26,802 bases of DNA from an uncultured Thermotogae bacterium (GCA_964540085.1 CAZILO010000001.1:9470-36271), one strand, 5' to 3'; shown: positions 16,943 through 24,043, numbered from the stretch's first letter. The notes: generated from the letters alone by a model not told the origin. Program-made: numbers and translations.

Positions 16943-19848
16943 TTTACCGTGATCGTATCCGTGAGCGAGTCGGTATTACCATCGTTGTCGGTGACGGTCA
17001 ACGTGACCTTGTATGTCCCGGCTGCAGTAAAGGTGTGGGTGACTTTTACTCCGGTGGCGTCCGGCTTGCCATCCCCGTTGAAGTCCCACGCGTACGCCAC
17101 GATCTTGCCGTCAAAGTCGAACGAATTGGACGCGTCGAACATCATGAGCTGACCGGCGGTGGGATGCTGCGGGGCATAGGTAAAGTCGGCGGTTGGCGGC
17201 TGGAACGTGATCACTACCTGCTTCGGCTTGATGTACCCCCCGATTGCAACGTGCGGTGCGGTCTGCGGAGTGATAGTAACCGTCACCTGCTTAGGAGTGG
17301 TGAACGTGAACCGCGGCGGCAGGGTGGTATCGTCGACGGACACCGTGTACTTCCCCGGTGTCAGGTTAGTAAACTCGAACCGGCCGGTGGCGGCGGTATC
17401 GGTATCGGCGGTGCTGCCCGCACCGGACAGGAGAATCCGCACTTGAGCAACCCCACCTTCACCGGGATCGTAGACCCCGTTCTTGTTAGTGTCATCGAAC
17501 AGGATCCCATCGAGATGAGCAATCGGAGCGAGCGGAACGTTGATTCCCGCAGTAATCCCGGGTTTAACGGTCACCTGCGGCGATGACGCTGGCGGCGCGG
17601 TATCGGACGGAAGATGGCTAATGGTAATGGTGTACGTCCCCGGTGCGCACGGCGGGAATCGGTAGTATCCGCTCGCATCGGTGGACACTTCGGTAATGCG
17701 GGTGGACACGATCGCGCCGGCAACCGGGCGATCGCCCGGATCGTAACGACCATTCCCGTTGACATCGATGAACACGCGCCCGCTGATCCTGCCCTTGGTA
17801 ACAAGGAACGGGACGGGCAAATCAAACCTCCATGTAAATGTCGTCCCCCACTGGAACGTGGCCGCACTCGCATCGTTTCTGTCCCATCCGATAGTCCCAG
17901 TCAGCCCGAGGGTGAGGGCATCGAGAAGCTGAACATTGCCAGTTACCGAAACGCTGAATGTGTCCGTACTGTTCGTCAGATTGATCTGGGCGGAGTGAAT
18001 GGAATTTTTCGCGTGAAACCGCAGGGAAACGTTGTCGCTGGTGGACAGGGTCGCCCCGGTGATGAGGTTGAGATTCTTGGTTTGGGCGAGGTTTAAGTAC
18101 AACGAGAATGCATCAGTCGATAACCCAATTCCCTCATTAAACGTCAGCGTCCGGTAGGAGGTAGCAGCGGCATGGTCGAGCTGATCGGACAGCTTACCAG
18201 AAAATGAGTACGGGAATGCGCCGGTCGTGTTTTGCAGTCCAACCGCGAGGAGACGGTCAATCTCGTTCTGTGCGGTGAGATCCGGCGCCCGTTTCCACGT
18301 GAACTCGCACGTACCGGTAATGGTGGGCCCATCTTTAAGCGGGGTGGACTGAAAGTTAAGCCCAAGGTCGTCAGTGATCGTTGTTGGCACGAGCGGGTCA
18401 CCGACGACGTTGTCCCACGTATGACTGAGCGACGCACGCAGGGAGAGATCGGTGGTGGTCAACCGTTGCGACACGGAGATGCCGGCCTGATCAGCACGGT
18501 CACCTGGGAAGTACGTGCCCACTGAGAATACCTCCCCGCTCAGGAAGTACGGAGTGGTATCGATTTTGGTGTTGAAGTACAGCGCGCGACTGGTGCGCCC
18601 ATCGTTGACCCCCAACGCCCCCTCGCCGCGGATCGTCCAGTCGGTGAGCGGTTCTGCCGCTGCCGACAGGCTCCACGCTGCAGCCCGAGTCGCCTGGTCC
18701 CGCTTGTCAAGGTAACCGATCCCGAAGTTGGCCTGCTGGGGACCGATGGATAGCAACCCGCCGAATCGCGTCTGTGCATCCTCACCACCGCCGATGAGAC
18801 GGATTCGATAGTTGTCGGCGTCGATGGTTACGCTTCCGCCGCGGCCGTATACGCTTAACAGGTCGGTGAGGCGAAGAAAGGTATCTCCAACCACGTACGT
18901 GGCCGGCGTCTTCCGGTATGTGAGGGTAAACGAACTCACTGTGACCGCTCCCGGGCCAAACAGCGGCCCGAGGTGCAACGTGGATGAGAAATACCCGGCG
19001 TACACACTGCCAGCGAGGGAAAAATACAAGTCGCTGCTGACGGCGTTGGTAAACAAGTTATGGTTAAATGAAAACTGCACTTGTGCTGACAGCACGTCGA
19101 GCAACGTCCCGCCCACTGCCTCGGGCGGGGGCGGCAGGATGGTGGTGAACCATACCTGCTCATCCTTGACCCCAGAATAGAGGGTGGAGTGGACGGACAC
19201 AGTGAGGAGATCTCGCCCTGGAGCGGCATCGGTGGGGACGGCGACGGTGATCGTTACCGTGCGACTTTCCTGGGGCGTGAGGCTGATTTGATCCGCGGAG
19301 ACGGTCACCGGAAATTGATGTGCCGACTGCGCGCTGATTCGGAGCGTATCCTGCGCATTCCCCTGATTGACGATCGTCACCGCGTACGCCGCTTTACCTC
19401 CGGGAGGAACGCTCTTTCCCTCGGGAGGGATGATCACTACCTTATTGACCGGCTTCACCTTCACTTGTGCGCTCGCACTCTGGTTGATTGCCGGATTGGT
19501 TGCAGACACGGCGTGTACGGTAATCGTGTACGTTTTCGCCGGCGCTCCCGCGGGAACGGTGATCGTGATGAACAGGGTTCCCTCTTCGCCCGGTTTGAGC
19601 GCAATATTTTGGGGGGCACCGAGTAAACTCCATCCGTTCGGGGTGTCGTAACTCAGATTAAACGTATCCGCGGCTGCTTCGCTGTTAGTCACTGCGAACA
19701 CGTGTGTAACAAACTCTCCGGGCGCCACCGTCTTAAGTCCGGACAGGACGTGCACTTCCACGCCAGCGCCAAGGCAGACCAGATTTACCAGAAGGACGAT
19801 GCCTCCCCATATCAATGCGGCTTTCAGCCCGAGCTTAACCGTGTCCAT
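16939..19848 (-). CDS. Large exported multidomain protein: two Ig-like domains, a central beta-strand-rich region (possible barrel/usher-like), two SdrD-B/CnaB-like domains and a C-terminal PKD domain
   Basis: Signal peptide; VTN...ADTFNL and VNQGNAQDTL Ig-like repeats; GRVFIDVNGNGRYDPGD and GILFDDTNKNGVYDPGE SdrD-B-like motifs; PKD (YAWDFNGDG, HTFTAAGTYKVTLTVTDNDG). The barrel assignment is inference. The start could be 19860. Confidence 0.7.
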   Translation of the reverse strand: MDTVKLGLKAALIWGGIVLLVNLVCLGAGVEVHVLSGLKTVAPGEFVTHVFAVTNSEAAADTFNLSYDTPNGWSLLGAPQNIALKPGEEGTLFITITVPAGAPAKTYTITVHAVSATNPAINQSASAQVKVKPVNKVVIIPPEGKSVPPGGKAAYAVTIVNQGNAQDTLRISAQSAHQFPVTVSADQISLTPQESRTVTITVAVPTDAAPGRDLLTVSVHSTLYSGVKDEQVWFTTILPPPPEAVGGTLLDVLSAQVQFSFNHNLFTNAVSSDLYFSLAGSVYAGYFSSTLHLGPLFGPGAVTVSSFTLTYRKTPATYVVGDTFLRLTDLLSVYGRGGSVTIDADNYRIRLIGGGEDAQTRFGGLLSIGPQQANFGIGYLDKRDQATRAAAWSLSAAAEPLTDWTIRGEGALGVNDGRTSRALYFNTKIDTTPYFLSGEVFSVGTYFPGDRADQAGISVSQRLTTTDLSLRASLSHTWDNVVGDPLVPTTITDDLGLNFQSTPLKDGPTITGTCEFTWKRAPDLTAQNEIDRLLAVGLQNTTGAFPYSFSGKLSDQLDHAAATSYRTLTFNEGIGLSTDAFSLYLNLAQTKNLNLITGATLSTSDNVSLRFHAKNSIHSAQINLTNSTDTFSVSVTGNVQLLDALTLGLTGTIGWDRNDASAATFQWGTTFTWRFDLPVPFLVTKGRISGRVFIDVNGNGRYDPGDRPVAGAIVSTRITEVSTDASGYYRFPPCAPGTYTITISHLPSDTAPPASSPQVTVKPGITAGINVPLAPIAHLDGILFDDTNKNGVYDPGEGGVAQVRILLSGAGSTADTDTAATGRFEFTNLTPGKYTVSVDDTTLPPRFTFTTPKQVTVTITPQTAPHVAIGGYIKPKQVVITFQPPTADFTYAPQHPTAGQLMMFDASNSFDFDGKIVAYAWDFNGDGKPDATGVKVTHTFTAAGTYKVTLTVTDNDGNTDSLTDTITVK

Positions 19849-19940
19849 ATCGTACACCACAGTAGACGATACGGACGCACGAAGAAAGGACCAATAAAAG
19901 CGGGCAACTGGACGTTTGTCGCTCCTGAGGGTGATATCCG

Positions 19941-21098
19941 TTACTTCACGCGGAACGCACGTTGTCCGCCGACCTCGGTGGCGCCGCCGTAGTCGATCGC
20001 GGCGCGGGCGAGATAAATCCCAGGCGGCAGCGGCTTACTGGATGTATCCTTCACGGTGACAACAGCGGTTGCGCCGGGCAAAACAGGAAACTGCTCAATC
20101 GGAATCTTCCGCATCGTCTCACCCCGTTGGGAGATGATCGTGATCGACCCCGTCGGTCGCAGTTGGACGTTACCCGTGTTTTCAAACGTAACAGTAAACG
20201 TAAGTGGATCAAGAGCCGCCACGCGCACGTCCGTAACCCGCCCTGATTTGATCTCGGTGCCGGTGATGGTAACGTACACTTTTATTCCGAACTCCTCCTT
20301 CGCTGCAATGACAACCCCATTGTGCTGACCAATTATCCTGGGAAGACCATCGACCATGATTGCAGCCCAGTACATCCCGCTGACGCCGGTACGGGGAACG
20401 TGCACCGTAAACGACACCCGCTGCCGTTTACCAGGATCGATGGTGAATTTCTGCGGGGTGACAGTAATCCAGTCTCCGTCGGAACGGGCAACGGTGGTGA
20501 ACTCCCCTCCGGCGGCGGCCACCGATTCGACCGTGACATGGCGGGAGAACACCTCATCAATGCGCATGCCGGTAACCGCTTTTAGGACATGGACAGTTAG
20601 CTGCACGCGTTGGGCACCGGGAACGGTTGGGGATGGTGTAATCGCACGGGTGATCTCCACCGGGCCCGCCGTGGCGACGGATGCGGTGGAACCGGTCCCC
20701 GCTAGCGTGGACGGACCGGCGATTTTACCGTACGCCGCCGGAGAGCCGGTGACGTAGCTACCAGTAATTGTAACCCCGTTAAACGGCGGCAGCACCCGGT
20801 ACGTAATCGTGAATACATCCCCGGGCGCGAACTGGCGAGGAAACAGCCAATATGCATCGTTCAGCGTGAAGAAGTACGTCTTTCTCTCGGGAGGAAAACG
20901 GACCCAGTCGTTCAGATAGACAGTGATTTCCTGCGCCCGTGACTCATCGTTTATTACCAGAAACGAATAGCTCGACGTGCTGCCCGCAGCGAGATGAAGG
21001 TCAAACTCGAATGGCAAAACCTGCAACGCCGCTGCGGATAAAGAAACGCCGATAATTGCCCCAATAATTAATCCAGTTACGATAGTCGTCCGCTGCAT
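19941..21098 (-). CDS. Exported pilus chaperone-like protein (PapD-like / DUF916-DUF3324 WxL-interacting-like)
   Basis: Signal peptide; WITVTPQKFTIDPGKRQRVSFTVHVP..GMYWAAIMV, FENTGNVQLRPTGSITI and LPPGIYLARAAIDYG. GGAGG SD supports ATG 21098. Confidence 0.65.
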   Translation of the reverse strand: MQRTTIVTGLIIGAIIGVSLSAAALQVLPFEFDLHLAAGSTSSYSFLVINDESRAQEITVYLNDWVRFPPERKTYFFTLNDAYWLFPRQFAPGDVFTITYRVLPPFNGVTITGSYVTGSPAAYGKIAGPSTLAGTGSTASVATAGPVEITRAITPSPTVPGAQRVQLTVHVLKAVTGMRIDEVFSRHVTVESVAAAGGEFTTVARSDGDWITVTPQKFTIDPGKRQRVSFTVHVPRTGVSGMYWAAIMVDGLPRIIGQHNGVVIAAKEEFGIKVYVTITGTEIKSGRVTDVRVAALDPLTFTVTFENTGNVQLRPTGSITIISQRGETMRKIPIEQFPVLPGATAVVTVKDTSSKPLPPGIYLARAAIDYGGATEVGGQRAFRVK

Positions 21099-21133
21099 TG
21101 TCGCCTCCATTCGGGTAGTGGATATACTTAAGT

Positions 21134-22094
21134 CTATCTCGTAGTTACAGTGTATTGCAACGTTATCCCGTACGTGCCCGCTCGATCAGCAATGTCGGGT
21201 TGATAGCGGTATGAAATGCGGTGCGTCTCCCCGCCGGGATCGGTGCGCGATACGAGTGTCACCGGCGTCGTGTTCAATCCGGCCGCCGAGTGAAACGCGC
21301 CATCGTCGACACGCCAGTAGAAGTTAGTGAGGAGATCGCCGCTGAATCCGGGCGGAGTCGTTATTGCTGTTGCCTCCAGTTGCAGCTGCCAACCAGACGG
21401 CGGGTTCCCGATCACAAACACGGGGTTGTCATCGCTCTCCAGCGGGGTAAGTTTCCCGGTACGCACATCGTACAACGGCCCCTGTGACCGTGCCCAGATC
21501 GATTGCTCCGTGAGCGGCAACGACGATCCACGCCTGCACCGTCCAAGTGATAGTGACGTCTTGGCTGACCGTATACAGCAGGTAACCGAAGATCGAAGCC
21601 GCCACCTGATACCGCAACGTGATGGAATACGTACCGGGGAGGTCGGCGGCACTCGGCAAGTAACGATAGTCGATGGTCTCCGCATCCGTTCCGGTGGCAT
21701 TACTCCCGTTAACGACGGTCATCGGCGTTTGCACTCCCGGGAACACGGTATAGCTCGGTTGATCGCCACCGCGCCAGTAAAACCGGGTCAAATCAACTCC
21801 CGGTGAGGTAGCCACGATTTCCACCGTAAGCGTCCAATCCAGGGTTAACCAACCATTACGAGTTACGTTGACCGCGTTGTTGTCCGCCTCAATCGGAACG
21901 AACTGACCGTCACCGGTGGGAGTGGGATCGTGATACACGGATGCGTTAACCGTTCCCAAGTCAACATCGGAATGAACAGTAAGACAAGTATAGTCACCGA
22001 ACCGACCATCGCATGTCGTACCTGCAGCGGCGATAAATACCGCCACGGTAACCGCAATAGTCGCGATAAGCAACATGGAACCGCGTTTTATCAT
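21134..22094 (-). pseudogene. Two-domain pilin/adhesin-like exported protein split by a single-base frameshift
   Basis: ORFs 21429-22097 and 21134-21700 join into one frame (IDLGTVTG|PLYDVRTG) if one G is removed from the minus-strand GGGG at 21479-21482. The joined segment aligns without gaps to paralog VDLGTIDGGLYDPATN. Confidence 0.75.
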
Positions 22095-22096
22095 CA

Positions 22097-22133
22097 AAAG
22101 TAAACTCGAGGGCGGCCGTGACGACCGCCCTCG
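22097..22133 (-). terminator. Probable intrinsic terminator after the 22149-22670 subunit gene
   Basis: Minus-strand stem CGAGGGCGGTCG / CGGCCGCCCTCG followed by AGTTTACTTTT. Confidence 0.6.
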
Positions 22134-22148
22134 CTGAGGCGCAACTAG

Positions 22149-22670
22149 TTACGGTGACGTCAACGTGTACGTCACGGTGACGGCGTAGGCACCGGGAGCA
22201 TCATCCCAGCTTGGGATGTACTCGTACTGGATATCGCTGATGTGAGTGAGTCCCGGCCCGCCGGTGCTCAACGTTTGATCGCTGGCAAGCGGGGTAAATG
22301 AAGACAAAGCGCCTCCCTTCACCTCGAACCGCGACAGATCAGCAGTATTCGTGCCCGTGCTTGCGGCATGCAGAGTGAGCGTATAGTTGGTGTTGCTGAT
22401 TACGTACGCATTTTTGGCCTTCGAGGTAAGCGGCGTCCACGTATTGGTAGCGGGATCGTACAAGCCTCCATCAATCGTTCCAAGGTCAACGCTCATATCA
22501 GCAGTCGGGATGTAGAGCACGATCCAGTTCTGCACACTCCACATTACCACCGGCAACAAACTCCCCGACAGCGGGGTTGCTCCACTGTCCGTTGCCGTAT
22601 CCGCCATCACACCTACTGTAACTAACATCAACCCGCCAATTACAGCGAGCAAGAAGAATAGCCTCTTCAT
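22149..22670 (-). CDS. Exported pilin/WxL-like subunit (candidate major subunit)
   Basis: Signal peptide; MWSVQNWIVL..VDLGTI, SNTNYTLTLHA and C-terminal DDAPGAYAVTVTYTLT shared with neighbours. AGGAGG SD supports ATG 22670. Confidence 0.7.
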   Translation of the reverse strand: MKRLFFLLAVIGGLMLVTVGVMADTATDSGATPLSGSLLPVVMWSVQNWIVLYIPTADMSVDLGTIDGGLYDPATNTWTPLTSKAKNAYVISNTNYTLTLHAASTGTNTADLSRFEVKGGALSSFTPLASDQTLSTGGPGLTHISDIQYEYIPSWDDAPGAYAVTVTYTLTSP

Positions 22671-22675
22671 CAAAA

Positions 22676-22728
22676 GCACCTCCTAATGGTTTAATTTTCG
22701 AGCACCTAGCAGCTCTGCCACCATTAGG
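22676..22728. repeat. 53-bp translation-initiation cassette, near-identical (49/53) to 23511-23563
   Basis: gcacctcctaatggtttaattttcgagcacctagcagctctgccaccattagg versus gcacctcctaatggtttgattttcgagcacctagcgactcggccaccattagg. Confidence 0.9.
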
Positions 22729-22868
22729 TACGCCACGGTAGCCCGACAATCTCACGTGAGATTCGCGGCTTTGCGCCCCAGGATCGCTCCTGGTTTGCCT
22801 TTTTCGTCGTCACCCATAGGCCGTAGCTTTGCGCCCCACCCTTTCGGAATGGTTTGCCCTTCAGTGCT
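22701..22868 (-). ncRNA. Outer c-di-GMP-I aptamer of nested pair B
   Basis: 5' half AGCACTGAAGGGCAAACCATTCC-GAAA-GGGTGGGGCGCAAAGCTACGGCC; 3' half GGTGGCAGAGCTGCTAGGTGCT lies about 100 nt downstream. P1 AGCACT/GGTGCT is slightly out of the canonical register. Confidence 0.7.
22735..22807 (-). ncRNA. Inner, complete c-di-GMP-I aptamer of nested pair B
   Basis: ACG-AAAAA-GGCAAA-CCAGGA-GCGA-TCCTGG-GGCGCAAA-GCCGCG-AATCTC-ACGT-GAGATT-GTCGGGC-TAC-CGT; canonical P1 register with G20. Confidence 0.88.
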
Positions 22869-22950
22869 TATTGAGATGAGGCTGATACCAAACTCAACTT
22901 ATATTGCGGTCTGTTTCTAATAACCACCTCCTTATAATTGTTACAAGGAT

Positions 22951-22979
22951 ATTGTACCGCTTAACTAATTGTTCGTCAA
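22951..22979 (-). promoter_or_regulatory. Sigma70-type promoter for the 22149-22670 gene and downstream operon
   Basis: TTGACG (22979-22974), 17-nt spacer, TACAAT (22956-22951). Confidence 0.75.
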
Positions 22980-23026
22980 GTGGTACAAATCTCCCTTCTG
23001 GTGAACCGAGACGGATAGAATCCGCA

Positions 23027-23052
23027 GGGCCGACAGGAATCCCCGCCGGCCC
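23027..23052 (-). terminator. GC-rich hairpin 3' of the 23074-23505 gene (terminator or mRNA stabiliser)
   Basis: GGGCCGGCGGG-GATT-CCTGTCGGCCC; two G-U pairs work only on the minus strand. The U-tract is poor. Confidence 0.45.
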
Positions 23053-23073
23053 CTTCGCTCTTCATCCGTTAGC

Positions 23074-23505
23074 CTACTTGGTAGTGACGGTGTAAGTAAC
23101 GATCGTGGCATAAGTACCGGGAGCCATCGCCCGCAGGTTAAATAAGGTGTAGTTTACGCCGACCTTAGCATCGTTCTTCCCATTGTACGTGGACAGACCA
23201 ACTTTCAGGTGGTCACTGCCGTTACCGGACAGGGAAACGGTAAGGGACCAACTGGTATTGCTGTACACGAACAGGGTGTTTGCGTTTTCCTTGGCAACTT
23301 CGTCGACACCTGCCGGAATTGCGCCAAAGTCGAATGCGGTGTCTGCGATCTTGAGCTCGACGAACCCTTGGATCGTCCAGCTGATCTTGTCCTCTACGGA
23401 GACAGAATTGCTATGATTATGACCATTGGCGAACCCGGCGAGCCCGATCATCGCCACTGCCAAACCCAGCACCAACAGACCTACGATAAGTTTATTCATC
23501 CTCAT
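23074..23505 (-). CDS. Exported pilin/WxL-like subunit
   Basis: Signal peptide; ISWTIQGFVELKI..FDFGAI, SNTSWSLTVS and C-terminal MAPGTYATIVTYTVTTK. AGGAGG SD supports ATG 23505. Confidence 0.7.
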   Translation of the reverse strand: MRMNKLIVGLLVLGLAVAMIGLAGFANGHNHSNSVSVEDKISWTIQGFVELKIADTAFDFGAIPAGVDEVAKENANTLFVYSNTSWSLTVSLSGNGSDHLKVGLSTYNGKNDAKVGVNYTLFNLRAMAPGTYATIVTYTVTTK

Positions 23506-23535
23506 TGAAAGCACCTCCTAATGGTTTGATTTTCG

Positions 23536-23723
23536 AGCACCTAGCGACTCGGCCACCATTAGGCAAGCTGCGGCAACCCGGCTGTCTGCTGTGAGACCCG
23601 TGGCTTTGCGTCCCGAGGTCACCCTCGGTTTGCCCTTATCACAACACCCCACACGGGGCTTTGCCTAGAAGGTCCGTAGCTTTGCGTCCCGCCCTTTCGA
23701 ACGGTTTGCCTTTTGTAGGTGCT
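23536..23723 (-). ncRNA. Outer c-di-GMP-I aptamer of nested pair C
   Basis: P1 AGCACCTA/TAGGTGCT (8 bp), J1/2 CAAAA then G20, P1b CCGTTC-GAAA-GGGCGG, GACGCAAA, P2 GCT-A-CGG-ACC / GGT-GG-CCG-AGT, then CGC containing the C92 equivalent. Confidence 0.85.
23567..23645 (-). ncRNA. Inner, complete c-di-GMP-I aptamer of nested pair C
   Basis: GTTGTG-ATAAG-GGCAAA-CCGAGG-GTGA-CCTCGG-GACGCAAA-GCCACGGGTCT...AGAC-AG-CCGGGT-TGC-CGCAGC; near-consensus. Confidence 0.92.
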
Positions 23724-23814
23724 TCGCTGAGGACGTAGTGCATTGCAGCAATTGAGCTGCAATCTTTAAAACAATGTGAATTTATACAGAGGGGAACAAG
23801 TAACCGAAAACTTT

Positions 23815-23954
23815 CGGCAGCCCGGCGATCTCCCGTTGATTTAGCATCCGTTATGTCCTTGAGTTAATAACCTCTAAGAACACTTAAGAACACTCGCAAA
23901 TCTGAGAGACCCGTGGCTTTGCGTCCCCTCCTTACGAAGGGTTTGCTTTTTTCG
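23815..23954 (-). ncRNA. GEMM-I aptamer with A at position 20 (candidate c-AMP-GMP variant) and a 73-nt P2 extension
   Basis: CG-AAAAA-A-GCAAA-CCCTTC-GTAA-GGAGGG-GACGCAAA-GCCACGGGTCTC...GAGAT-CG-CCGGGC-TGC-CG; position 20 corresponds to base 23947. Confidence 0.82.
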
Positions 23955-23989
23955 CTGTCTCGGTTCACTTGTCAATGACCATCGCTCTT

Positions 23990-23995
23990 ATTATA
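23990..23995 (-). promoter_or_regulatory. -10 element (TATAAT) at the head of the three-aptamer leader
   Basis: Perfect TATAAT 35 nt upstream of the A20 aptamer; -35 unclear. Confidence 0.55.
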
Positions 23996-24043
23996 CCGCG
24001 TAGCGGATGGTTTTAGACATATTGACCGAGTGAACAAATTTAA

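Noticed and set aside
23742-23763. Inverted repeat ATTGCAGC-N6-GCTGCAAT as a terminator
   Set aside because: No U-tract follows on the transcribed strand. It is probably a spacer hairpin between the aptamers, and an operator role cannot be supported from one copy.
22770-23950. Recurrent TTTGCG..CCC...GGTTTGCC motif as a CRISPR array or REP/MITE family
   Set aside because: Spacing is irregular, there are no constant repeats or cas genes, and the reverse complement is fully explained by GEMM-I aptamer cores.
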